A stretch of DNA of 39,426 bases from a virus, in IMG/VR virus record IMGVR_UViG_3300033182_000272, positions 1 through 39,426 of that record. One strand, 5' to 3'. Made by a program: the position numbers and the translations under genes. This document shows positions 31,186-39,426 of this stretch, one piece after another. The notes under the pieces are model-generated. The model was not told the origin of the DNA. It saw nothing but the letters and a program-made list of their open reading frames with translations, and searched no databases. The first letter of the stretch is position 1, and each line of letters begins with the position of its first letter.

Positions 31186-32583
31186 TTACTCCGAGTTGGT
31201 TTCTGCTGCCGCTGCTGCCGCTTCCTGAGCTTGCATCAACATGATGATGTCTTCAGCAAGATCAGAGCTGAGGTTAACATCGCCCTTGATGACGCCGTCA
31301 AGAATTGATCCAACAGCGTCTGGCCCGAGAGTGCCGAGCACCTGACGAACGAGCGCATCATCAGCCGCATCTTCTGCAGCTTCACGAGACGCAGTAAGCC
31401 CGCCCGCATCCATGCCAGAACGGAACGAAACAAGGTCGTCCAAACGGCCCGTTGCCAAACCAACACGGATCTCATCAATGCCTACGCCAGCCCGCAACGC
31501 AAGCCTGACTAGATCAGCGTCGTCAGCGTAGATGCCCCCCTTGCTCCCGCCGACCTTCTTCGTCGGCGGGTTCAAAGCCAGCTCCAACAACTGCTGACGA
31601 GCAGTCTCAGACAACTGGAACTCAGAAGCAGAACGATCCGCAGCACGCTGCGCCACAATCGAAGCAACCAAATTGTCCAACTCGCTACGAGAACCAGCAG
31701 CCTGCGTTTCCACAAGCCCACTCTGACGGCCCAAGGCATCCCGAGAAATCTGGCTCAAACGAGCGTTCAAGTCAGCTTCAATATCGGAAGACTCAGCAGC
31801 CAAATCCCGAGCCGTCTGGCCTTCTTCCTCTAGCGTCCTACGAATGTTGCCAGAAGTAACGTTCGCCGTACCCAAACGACGCAACGCCTCTTCTTGCCCA
31901 GCAGCAATACTGCCAGCAGTCCTGCCAGCGCTAGTCGAAATCAAACTCTGCACATCAGCAGACCGAGCTTCCAGATCCTTAGACAACCCAGAAATGGACT
32001 CGATTGCAGCCAAACGGCTGCGATCAATCTCGTCCCGAGCCTGAGCGTTGCGACGATCTAGCTCGTCCTGCATGATCTGGTACTGCTCTTCCAGCTGCTG
32101 CATGCCCAAAGACAAAGTCTGGTTAATTGCATTCTGCTGCATCTGTAGCTTCGCAGTGTCGACTACAGTCCGCCCCTCGGTAGCGGGGCGAATCAAGTCA
32201 TTCAAAGCCTCTAGACCTTGCGCTCTGGCGATAGCGTCAGCAATCGCCTGATTGCGATTGTCTTCGATTGAGCCGATGCCTTCAACTAGGCCCGCAGCCA
32301 TAATGCCAGCCCCGAATTGCTCTCCATCGAAAACGGCACGGGCTTCAGGAGAAACCTCAGGGTACGGTTCACGAAGCCCAAAGAACGTGTTTGCGCTTTC
32401 GTCTGTGGTGTTTAAAACCTCTTCAATAGTCGGGCCACCCATGCCTTCGAAACCAAGCTCAATATCAAGAATGGACTCAAGCCAATCAGGACGGTCGCCT
32501 GGGCGCATGTTAGACATAGGGTCTTGAACAAACGTCCAAGCTTCGCCCGCCCCCTCTTTAATACTTTCCCACCAGTTGCTCAT
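31186..32583 (-). CDS. Internal virion protein-like coiled-coil protein (465 aa)
   Basis: Position and composition (Q/E/A/R-rich heptad-like segments). ATGA overlap with the upstream gene. Confidence 0.55.
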   Translation of the reverse strand: MSNWWESIKEGAGEAWTFVQDPMSNMRPGDRPDWLESILDIELGFEGMGGPTIEEVLNTTDESANTFFGLREPYPEVSPEARAVFDGEQFGAGIMAAGLVEGIGSIEDNRNQAIADAIARAQGLEALNDLIRPATEGRTVVDTAKLQMQQNAINQTLSLGMQQLEEQYQIMQDELDRRNAQARDEIDRSRLAAIESISGLSKDLEARSADVQSLISTSAGRTAGSIAAGQEEALRRLGTANVTSGNIRRTLEEEGQTARDLAAESSDIEADLNARLSQISRDALGRQSGLVETQAAGSRSELDNLVASIVAQRAADRSASEFQLSETARQQLLELALNPPTKKVGGSKGGIYADDADLVRLALRAGVGIDEIRVGLATGRLDDLVSFRSGMDAGGLTASREAAEDAADDALVRQVLGTLGPDAVGSILDGVIKGDVNLSSDLAEDIIMLMQAQEAAAAAAETNSE

Positions 32584-33014
32584 CAGGCAATTCCCTGCAA
32601 CATCGCAGCGATCGCAGAACGACGCTGCGCCTCCTGCAGATCAATGTTCGCCAAACTCAAAACCCGATTGACATCGAACGACGAAAGCTGACTAAACAAA
32701 TCATCTCGACGACGACCAAAGTCCATGTCCTGCGTAGCCTGCGCCTGAAACCGACCAATCTCAAAATCGCCAATCCCACGGTTGTAAATCCCCGACCGTA
32801 GAAGCCCACGACCCGAATACGCCCCAGGCAACTGCTGACGCGCACGATCCAACTGGCGAGCAAGAGTACGACGAGCCGCAGCCTGCTCCATACCCAAACG
32901 CCGCTGAGCAGCAGCGTTCCGAATCACATTCTGCTGGTACTCGTAATCAGTAGCAGAGCGACGGCCCTCAAAGGCCGTCGCCTCAGCAGCAGGAAGAGTG
33001 TATTGAATCGCCAT
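32583..33014 (-). CDS. Internal virion protein-like small protein (143 aa)
   Basis: AGGAGG RBS. Its position precedes the 465-aa and 2137-aa genes. Confidence 0.55.
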   Translation of the reverse strand: MAIQYTLPAAEATAFEGRRSATDYEYQQNVIRNAAAQRRLGMEQAAARRTLARQLDRARQQLPGAYSGRGLLRSGIYNRGIGDFEIGRFQAQATQDMDFGRRRDDLFSQLSSFDVNRVLSLANIDLQEAQRRSAIAAMLQGIA

Positions 33015-33052
33015 CAGAGCCTCCTAATAGGGTCTGGACAGCGTTTTAGCGC

Positions 33053-33202
33053 CTAATCAGCGGTATCTTCGGCGTCTACAGCAGACAGCTCAGCGATCTG
33101 CTGCATCGCCTTCTGGTTCTGGATGGCCAAAATGCAGATCTCTAGTTCCTTGGGGAACCGATTCTGCATAAAGGCGACTACTTCTTCAGCGGTAACGTTC
33201 AT
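33053..33202 (-). CDS. Mini-protein paralogue A (49 aa)
   Basis: MNVTAEEVVAFMQNRFPKELEICILAIQNQKAMQQIAELSAVDAEDTAD. ATGA overlap with the upstream gene. Paralogous to 33421-33567. Confidence 0.5.
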   Translation of the reverse strand: MNVTAEEVVAFMQNRFPKELEICILAIQNQKAMQQIAELSAVDAEDTAD

Positions 33203-33387
33203 GACCCTGACTCTAGCTCAGCAACCCGAGCACGCGTGTAATCACGCAACGCCTGATCACGCCCAAACTGGCGTTGAATCAGGTTCTTCTGAATACCAGT
33301 GCTAGCCTGGTTGTACTGGGTCGCAGACGGGGCCATCTTGCCCATCTGCGACGACAGAATGTCTTGATAATCAGGTGCATATGCCAT
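33199..33387 (-). CDS. Hypothetical protein (62 aa) whose C-terminus mimics the fibre C-terminus
   Basis: AGGAG RBS. It ends in RARVAELESGS, and the fibre ends in [11 protein letters not shown]. Confidence 0.5.
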   Translation of the reverse strand: MAYAPDYQDILSSQMGKMAPSATQYNQASTGIQKNLIQRQFGRDQALRDYTRARVAELESGS

Positions 33388-33420
33388 GTGAAGCTCCTAC
33401 TTCATGGCAGGAATGTCCCA

Positions 33421-33567
33421 CTACTCGGACGGTTCCTCAGGTTGTGCGGCAGACAACTCAAGCTGTTGCTGCAATTTCTGGTTCTGGATAGCCAAAACGC
33501 AGATCTCAAACTCCTTCGGGAACCGAGACTGCATAAGGGAAATTACTTCTTCGTGTGATACGTTCAT
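33421..33567 (-). CDS. Mini-protein paralogue B (48 aa)
   Basis: [52 protein letters not shown] overlap with the fibre gene stop. Confidence 0.5.
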   Translation of the reverse strand: MNVSHEEVISLMQSRFPKEFEICVLAIQNQKLQQQLELSAAQPEEPSE

Positions 33568-35591
33568 GATGCCGACTCTAACGCAGCAATGCGAGCCTCA
33601 TGGCGCTTCAGCAAGTTGACCAAATGCGGCACGAGACGGTCGTACTGCACGCCCTCGGGTTCAGTCAGGTCTGCTACGTCAGGCTCAAGCTTCTGGTCGT
33701 CTTCGTCGTACTGCCATTCGTAATCGTCAGGCACGCCGTATTGCACAAGCCGAGGGTCAACTTCTGCAACTTCTTCAGCGATGAAACCCCAATAGCCCCA
33801 CGAATCTGGGTCGTGTTCACAAAGTGACCGATACCAAACAGGTCGCAGGCCAAGGATGGCGTCGGCGTAGCTATCCTCCATCGTTTCAACATCGGTCTTG
33901 TATTTGATAGAAGACACCGTTGAGCGGTAGAAGTACCCGCCAGATGAAATGTGCATGTTCGCACCCGAGCCAGTCGTGTTGGCGTAAGTGCCGTCAGATT
34001 CAATAGTGCCTGTCGGAAACTTGACGTTGCCGCTAGAATAGAAAATCGCCGTGTCAGAAAGACCTGCACGAGACGTGCCCGTCTTCACAACGACGGTGTA
34101 ACCCGTCAAAAGTCCAAAAGCGGGATTGGTGCCCCCCGAATTCGTGTAGCCCAACTCAGCGTAGTTAGTGTATCCAGAGTCTTGGATGGTCACTGCACGG
34201 TTCTGAGAAACAACCTGAAGGTTGCCAGCAGGCGACGTGGTGCCGATACCGACATTGCCCGTGTCGCCTCGGATCACCATGCGTTCGGTGTAAGTGCTGC
34301 CGTTCGCCGCAAAGATCGTTACACGGTTTTGATCTGTGCCGATGCCGTAAGCCGCAGAGCCAGCCTCGTACAGCCTGACTTGGCGTGAACCGTCAGCAGG
34401 GGAACCAAATGACAGATCGCCGCTGATGTCCAAGCTCGTCAACGTGCCGACCGAGGTCAACGACGAAGCCGTCACCCCAGAAGCCAACGTCGAACCAGTC
34501 AAATCCGCAGCAGCAGTCGTGCCCGCTGGCCCCTGCGGGCCTTGCGGGCCAGTAGCACCAGTCGCGCCAGCAGGACCAGTCGGCCCGTCCCTCAGAACAA
34601 AGTCGAACACGGCGGCACTGGAGGTGCCGCTGTTGGTAACAGACGCCGTACCCGAGTTCGTAACAGAAGTGGTAGTGCCGACCGCAATCGTCGCAGCCGC
34701 ACCATCCGCACCATCAGCACCAGCAGCGCCAGTCGCTCCCGTAGGGCCTTGGGGGCCTGTCGCACCCTGCGGACCCGTAGCGCCTGTAGCCCCAGTATCG
34801 CCTTGCGGTCCTTGAGCACCTGTAGCGCCAGTCGCACCTTGCGGACCAGTCGGTCCGTCACGCAACACAAAGTCGAACGTGGCTGCGCTAGAACTGCCAC
34901 TGTTCGTAACCGACGCAGTACCCGAGTTGGCAACAGAAGTAGTTGTTCCAACAGCGATTGTTGCTGCTGCGCCGTCAGCGCCGTCAGCGCCATCGGCGCC
35001 TGCAGCGCCTGTGGCTCCCTGAACACCCTGCGGGCCTTGAGCGCCCTGAGGACCAGTTGGTCCCGTGTCGCCAGTATCGCCTTGAGGCCCCTGCGGGCCA
35101 GTCGGGCCAGCGGGGCCAGTTGCGCCAGTAGGGCCAGTGGGGCCATCACGCAGAACAAAATCAAAGACGGCAGCGCCCGAAGTGCCGCTGTTAGTAACGC
35201 TCGCAGTTCCAGAGTTATTAACAGAAGTCGTCGTCCCAACAGCAATGGTTGCAGCTGCGCCCGTAGGGCCAGTAGCACCCGTGTCGCCCTGCGGTCCTGT
35301 CGCACCAGTAGCTCCCGTCGGTCCTGTCGCTCCCTGCGTGCCAGTCGCACCCTTCTGCGCCAACGTTTGCCAGTTCGTGTTAGAGGCGCCTACAGACGGC
35401 AGGGCGTTGCCCGTGTTGGAACTGGTGCGAGACACGAACGTGTTGCCGTTGCCGTCGGCAACGACATCACCAATGTCGTAGGTGGTCGACGAGCTGTAGG
35501 TGCCAACATAGTCAGGCCCGCCTGAAATGTTGACCTGAACTGAAGGCTCGTCAGAGTTCAGGTTGTACTGACGGTCTACCCAGTTACCCAT
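33564..35591 (-). CDS. Collagen-like tail fibre with a C-terminal S74-type intramolecular chaperone domain
   Basis: Long Gly-X-Y runs. The C-terminus reads [10 protein letters not shown]...[16 protein letters not shown]...[27 protein letters not shown] place the start at ATG 35591. The tracked start at 35597 is TTG. Confidence 0.85.
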   Translation of the reverse strand: MGNWVDRQYNLNSDEPSVQVNISGGPDYVGTYSSSTTYDIGDVVADGNGNTFVSRTSSNTGNALPSVGASNTNWQTLAQKGATGTQGATGPTGATGATGPQGDTGATGPTGAAATIAVGTTTSVNNSGTASVTNSGTSGAAVFDFVLRDGPTGPTGATGPAGPTGPQGPQGDTGDTGPTGPQGAQGPQGVQGATGAAGADGADGADGAAATIAVGTTTSVANSGTASVTNSGSSSAATFDFVLRDGPTGPQGATGATGAQGPQGDTGATGATGPQGATGPQGPTGATGAAGADGADGAAATIAVGTTTSVTNSGTASVTNSGTSSAAVFDFVLRDGPTGPAGATGATGPQGPQGPAGTTAAADLTGSTLASGVTASSLTSVGTLTSLDISGDLSFGSPADGSRQVRLYEAGSAAYGIGTDQNRVTIFAANGSTYTERMVIRGDTGNVGIGTTSPAGNLQVVSQNRAVTIQDSGYTNYAELGYTNSGGTNPAFGLLTGYTVVVKTGTSRAGLSDTAIFYSSGNVKFPTGTIESDGTYANTTGSGANMHISSGGYFYRSTVSSIKYKTDVETMEDSYADAILGLRPVWYRSLCEHDPDSWGYWGFIAEEVAEVDPRLVQYGVPDDYEWQYDEDDQKLEPDVADLTEPEGVQYDRLVPHLVNLLKRHEARIAALESAS
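34521..35351 (-). repeat. Three tandem modules (Gly-X-Y run plus [38 protein letters not shown]) inside the fibre gene
   Basis: The conserved blocks start at aa 115, 211 and 301, giving periods of 96 and 90 aa. Confidence 0.85.
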
Positions 35592-35808
35592 TTTCAACGT
35601 GCCATTCTAGGTGGTCGTCTTGACGACGACGGACTTCCTTAACGTCGTCCCGAACCTCACCAATCCGTTCCGAAATGTCATCCAGCCGCCGCAGATTAGC
35701 GGCGTGCTGGTCAGTGTTCTCCCGCCGAAATTTGGCAGCAAACACGGCAAACAGGCCCGTTACCAGAGCTGCTCCTGTGCCGCCAAAGATGGCTGCCCAC
35801 TCAGCCAT
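35584..35808 (-). CDS. Small protein with an N-terminal TM helix and a charged coiled-coil C-terminus (74 aa)
   Basis: [23 protein letters not shown], followed by [38 protein letters not shown]. It lies between the two fibre genes. Confidence 0.55.
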   Translation of the reverse strand: MAEWAAIFGGTGAALVTGLFAVFAAKFRRENTDQHAANLRRLDDISERIGEVRDDVKEVRRRQDDHLEWHVENG

Positions 35809-35809
35809 G

Positions 35810-36973
35810 TCATGCTGCCTCGACAGCTTCCATGCGGTCCCGCAAGTCTTGGATTGCCAACGTCATCAACGACATCCACGCCGTCTGGTCAACACCCATC
35901 AGGATCTGGTCGCCGTTTGCGTCAGTGCCATGGCTAGCAAGGAACTCCGAAATGGTTTCCATGTCATCAGCAATCGGGCCGATCTCGGGATACCCAGGAG
36001 CAGTAATACGGTTCCACATCTTTGGAACAACAGAATCAATCATGTCGACAGTCAAATAACTACCGAGATCCGTTGAAATGTTTTCCTTTTCGGCAGCAAC
36101 TGAAGAGTTCTTGACCAAAGCAGACACGCCATAGGCGGTAATCATGTGGGCGGCGGTGCTGCTGCCAGTTGGGAACTGCGAACCTGAGTCAAACGACTTG
36201 AACGTTCCTGTGGCTTTGGTAACAATGTCGTTGCCAGTTACGGCGCCACCAATTTGGAACTGCTTGACGCCGTCAATCCAGAACGAAAACTCGTCGTCTG
36301 TGTCGTCGAACCTGATCTGATCGTTTTCGTTGCCAAACTCGATCTTCTTCTGGCTGCTGACATTCAACAAGCCGTTCACAGCCAAATCGTTAGGGAACGT
36401 GTAGTTGCCTGTGCCGAACGTGCCAGCATCAATCTTGCTGGCGTTCAAATCGGGAATGTCGGCAGCTTCCAAATCTGCCGCAAGCGTCAACGTAACGTTT
36501 GTGTCACCATCAATGCTGACGCTGCCCGTCATGTCACCGTCAACCGTCAAAGTGCGAGCAGTCAACCACTTAGAAGCAGTAGCGGCATTACCAGTCGTAG
36601 ACGACGAAGTCGTAGCGTTGCCGTTGAACGTAGCTGCCGAAACGTCAACAATGACCGTGCTGCTAGCGTTAAGAATGTCGCCTTTGAACGTGGCATCGGA
36701 ACCGTTGGTTCCGTTGTCCAACACAACGCTGGTGCCGTTGCTGGCAACGATCTGGCCCGTAATGTCAGCGTCAACGTCCAAGTTGCCGTTAACAGTCAAC
36801 GTGTTAGACACAATCAGACTGTTGATCGTCTGTGTGCCAGTAATTGCCTGAGAACCGCTGGTCCACACAACGTTGTTGTTGATGTAGTCGACCAGCGAAT
36901 CAAAGTTGGCGTTGACTTCAGCTGCGACCGCATCGGACGCAGCGACGAACGTATTGGGTACTGATGCAGTCAT
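35810..36973 (-). CDS. Tail fibre/spike protein (387 aa) with an S74-like C-terminal chaperone segment
   Basis: The N-terminus NTFVAASDAVAAEVNANFDSLVDYINNN is typical of fibres. The C-terminus reads SSVAAEKENIST...GVDQTAWMSLMTLAIQDLRDRMEAVE. Confidence 0.7.
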   Translation of the reverse strand: MTASVPNTFVAASDAVAAEVNANFDSLVDYINNNVVWTSGSQAITGTQTINSLIVSNTLTVNGNLDVDADITGQIVASNGTSVVLDNGTNGSDATFKGDILNASSTVIVDVSAATFNGNATTSSSTTGNAATASKWLTARTLTVDGDMTGSVSIDGDTNVTLTLAADLEAADIPDLNASKIDAGTFGTGNYTFPNDLAVNGLLNVSSQKKIEFGNENDQIRFDDTDDEFSFWIDGVKQFQIGGAVTGNDIVTKATGTFKSFDSGSQFPTGSSTAAHMITAYGVSALVKNSSVAAEKENISTDLGSYLTVDMIDSVVPKMWNRITAPGYPEIGPIADDMETISEFLASHGTDANGDQILMGVDQTAWMSLMTLAIQDLRDRMEAVEAA

Positions 36974-36975
36974 TG

Positions 36976-38745
36976 CTACGACCTCGGCTTCTTCGGCAGG
37001 TACTTGAGGGTGAAGCCTCTAATTTCCCATTGGACATTGGTTGGGCCACGGAACTTCAAAGCAACGGAGCGGCCCGAGCCACCGATGCTTCCTGCACGAA
37101 CAACTTCGTCCTGCGTGGCCGCAGTTCCATACGCCCACTGCTTTCCGCCACCGCTGCCGTCAGCTGCGGCCCAAAACGACCCAGCATTGTCAGCGGAGTG
37201 ATCTACGTCACCAAGACCGTGATCAACAGTGACATACGGCGGATCGCCGTCATCGTCATCCCACACAAGACTGTCAGAACTGCCCGTACCAGCCATCTCA
37301 ATCAACAACGTCTTGCGAGGTTCGCCATCGTAATAGTCCAGATACACCTCAGCCTGAACCGTATGTGCCGACGGGCCAGCCATGATGAACTCTGGCCGCT
37401 TGTACCGCTTCGGCAAGAACGGCGACCCGCTGTCTAGCCAGCGAGTCTTGAAATACGAAGAGATCCCAACTTGGGTCGATGTGCCTGCTTCGTTAAACGT
37501 GTCAATAGCAGCGTTCGTTTCAAGCTCCACAAGCCCCACAGTCGCAACAGGGGCAGTTAGCCCATCGGGGTCAGCAACTTCCGTGCCTGTAGCCGCCACA
37601 TGGACAACCTCATAGTCGGCGTTCTGGAACTCGACGTTGGCCAGCATGTCAACGTCGTACACAACCCAAGCCCCAGTCGAAGGGTCAAGCACGAAACAAC
37701 GAGACGTGTAATCGACCATGGGCACACGCACCCACACGCGTCCCAAAACAGAAGCAACGTACACTTCGTCCAAGCTGGAAGTGTCTACTTCGCCCCGCTC
37801 CATAAGCGGGTACACCTTTTCAAACGCCCAACGGGGTTCGCCGTCGCCGTTGTAATAGTAGACGCCACGGTCAGGCGAAAAGAACCAGACACCGTCAGGG
37901 TTGACGCACACACCGTTGGCGTTTGTGGCGCCTACAGACGACGAGACTTTGACGACCTGAAAGTTCTGGCGGCTGTATCCAAGCACGGCGTACACGGAAC
38001 GGTTTAGGAACACCAGTAGTTGGTCACGGAACGATGCGATCTTGACGATTTCGTCGCCGTCTTCGTCGCCAACGTCGATCCAGTCGTCTTCGGCCCAACG
38101 GTCAGCGTAGCCAGGATGCGAAAAACGCACCCGAGTCGGATGCACGTTGACGCCTTCGTCGGTGTACGCAGCCCACATAAACCCGCCGTGCGAAGCGAGA
38201 AACCTGCACTTAGGAAAGATGTCGCCAGTAGCAGTGGCGTAGTCATTCTGGTACGAGGCGTGAGCGTCAGGGATCTCGTCAGTAGCAGCGTCGGGGGTGC
38301 CCGACGGAGTGCCCCATGATTGAGTCAGGTCAGTGCCCCCAGCAAACCACGACTTGCCATTCATCATGGTGTGATCGAGGATTTCGCAATCGCCAGTGTT
38401 TGTAATGCTGGTCCAGCTAGCACCAATGCTGAAAGCCATGTTGGTGGAACCAACACCGCCAGCAGTCGCAACAACCTTCGACGTGTTGTTGACCTGATCT
38501 CGATGCTCAAACAGCTTCTCGGGGCGAGTGGTGTTGCCAAACGGCTGATAGTCGCCCCAGTCAGACACAGACTTGCGACGTTGCACGCCACCACGGCGTG
38601 AAACGTCCACGTTCAACATGTCAGGCGACTCGTTAGCAGCCAGCATGAACCTGTCTTCAATAGCGTTGTAACCGCCAGTGAAATCAACCTGAGGATCAAG
38701 CCTCACGCTGGGGCCACGGCCAGAACGCCTAATGGGAACGGCCAT
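36976..38745 (-). CDS. Tail tubular protein B (nozzle)-like protein, 589 aa
   Basis: It follows the tubular A-like gene. The N-terminus is DFTGGYNAIEDRFMLAANESPDMLNVDVSRRGGVQRR. Confidence 0.6.
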   Translation of the reverse strand: MAVPIRRSGRGPSVRLDPQVDFTGGYNAIEDRFMLAANESPDMLNVDVSRRGGVQRRKSVSDWGDYQPFGNTTRPEKLFEHRDQVNNTSKVVATAGGVGSTNMAFSIGASWTSITNTGDCEILDHTMMNGKSWFAGGTDLTQSWGTPSGTPDAATDEIPDAHASYQNDYATATGDIFPKCRFLASHGGFMWAAYTDEGVNVHPTRVRFSHPGYADRWAEDDWIDVGDEDGDEIVKIASFRDQLLVFLNRSVYAVLGYSRQNFQVVKVSSSVGATNANGVCVNPDGVWFFSPDRGVYYYNGDGEPRWAFEKVYPLMERGEVDTSSLDEVYVASVLGRVWVRVPMVDYTSRCFVLDPSTGAWVVYDVDMLANVEFQNADYEVVHVAATGTEVADPDGLTAPVATVGLVELETNAAIDTFNEAGTSTQVGISSYFKTRWLDSGSPFLPKRYKRPEFIMAGPSAHTVQAEVYLDYYDGEPRKTLLIEMAGTGSSDSLVWDDDDGDPPYVTVDHGLGDVDHSADNAGSFWAAADGSGGGKQWAYGTAATQDEVVRAGSIGGSGRSVALKFRGPTNVQWEIRGFTLKYLPKKPRS

Positions 38746-38750
38746 TCAGA

Positions 38751-39426
38751 TCACTCCCATGCAAAGCGAGGATCCATCAGCGGATACATGTTGCGGTTGT
38801 AGTCGCCGCCCATTGTCACGCTAATAGCAGGCGAAGGGTCGTCGTAGAACTTGACTAGTTCTTGCAGACGCAAATCAGCCAGATCAGCGTAGTACAGAGC
38901 CGTCTGTGGCTCGTCCTGCTGGGCGTAGGCCCTGCCGAGCGCCCAGTTCAGAATTGGGCTGTCGAACTCTGCAGGCATGTCCGAAACTTGATCGCCAGGA
39001 TCAACAGCCGCAACCCAATCCTTGGGCTTCTTGTAACCACGAATTACAAAGGTATCCGTCGAGTTACCAGGCGCAGGGTCAAGCACTAGCTCGCCGTTGT
39101 TCCAAACCGACCAGTAGCTAGGGCTGCCTGAAGTGTCGCTATCTCGTGACCTGTAACGGTCACGGGTAGCAATGTCTTGCCATCGCAGATCCCACGAAGG
39201 TCCACGAACTTGGCGAATCTCAGCGATTTGCTCGCCACCGTTTTCAATCGAAGCAAACGTGTAGTTGCTTTGCCCGCTAACACCAGTAAACGTCCAGTCG
39301 TACTGAAAGAACGGCCATTCCTGGCGGCGAGTTTGTGCCCGAGTAGCTCCATCACGAACCCACTCGTCCACAAGCGTGTTCGGGAGGTCCGTGGCGTCCA
39401 AGTCCAGCGTCAGTCGAATCAGTTCA
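38751..39426 (-). CDS. Tail tubular protein A (T7 gp11)-like protein; the 5' end runs off the window and continues at 141-167
   Basis: It follows the capsid gene on the circular map. The size is about 238 aa with the GTG start. It has a W-T-F segment (QYDWTFTG). The tracked TTG start at 39401 has no SD. Confidence 0.55.
   Translation of the reverse strand, partial: ELIRLTLDLDATDLPNTLVDEWVRDGATRAQTRRQEWPFFQYDWTFTGVSGQSNYTFASIENGGEQIAEIRQVRGPSWDLRWQDIATRDRYRSRDSDTSGSPSYWSVWNNGELVLDPAPGNSTDTFVIRGYKKPKDWVAAVDPGDQVSDMPAEFDSPILNWALGRAYAQQDEPQTALYYADLADLRLQELVKFYDDPSPAISVTMGGDYNRNMYPLMDPRFAWE
39286..39426. repeat. Right copy of the exact 141-bp terminal duplication
   Basis: Identical to 1-141. Confidence 0.95.

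Noticed and set aside
34542-35525. 327-aa plus-strand ORF and 252-aa minus-strand alternative-frame ORF inside the collagen-like fibre gene
   Set aside because: They are produced by the 3-nt periodic GGN repeats. The translations are Arg/Ser/Ala low-complexity sequence, whereas the Gly-X-Y frame has clear flanking domains.

Overview
The window is a complete phage genome with redundant ends. Positions 1-141 are identical to 39286-39426, so the unique length is 39,285 bp. It is most likely a circularly closed metagenome contig of a tailed dsDNA phage with a T7-supergroup (podovirus-type) head and tail gene order.

Two transcription arms diverge from a roughly 0.7-kb non-coding control region (7527-8217) and converge near 24.4 kb.

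- **Plus arm (8.2-24.4 kb, about 38 mostly small genes).** It carries early and candidate anti-host genes. It also carries a replication and recombination module: a Cas4-like PD-(D/E)XK exonuclease, a DnaB-like helicase, an AEP primase-polymerase, RusA and an endonuclease-I-like nuclease. Regulators on this arm are an RHH protein, WhiB and a sigma-region-4 HTH protein. A run of four lysine-rich mini-proteins is also here.
- **Minus arm (7526 down to 1, wrapping to 39285 and down to 24372).** It carries terminase small and large subunits, a T7-type portal, an Amidase_2 + PG_binding_1 endolysin, scaffold and major capsid. These are followed by tail tubular A- and B-like proteins and two tail fibres with S74-type C-terminal chaperone domains, one of them collagen-like. 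Last come three internal-virion-type proteins, including a 2137-aa giant, and small membrane proteins.

I saw no phage RNA polymerase, family A/B DNA polymerase, integrase, tRNA or CRISPR array. WhiB, the endolysin architecture and GGAGG/GAAAGG Shine-Dalgarno (SD) sites point to an actinobacterial host. GC is in the high 50s percent by eye.

The most unusual signals:
1. A 36-37-nt hairpin element with conserved flanks occurs exactly twice, sense-oriented in the leaders of the late (terminase) operon and of a plus-strand operon.
2. The divergent control region is dense in palindromes, a G-tract and iteron-like repeats.
3. Early cistrons are punctuated by near-identical tetraloop hairpins, a TCACACA leader and identical SD-start blocks.
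4. Four translationally coupled Lys-rich small genes sit together, alongside Lys-rich regions on RusA and on the first early protein.
5. A fibre 3' end plus a mini-ORF has been segmentally duplicated.
6. The giant virion protein has a low-GC central segment.

All functional calls come from reading motifs in the translations. No database search was run.
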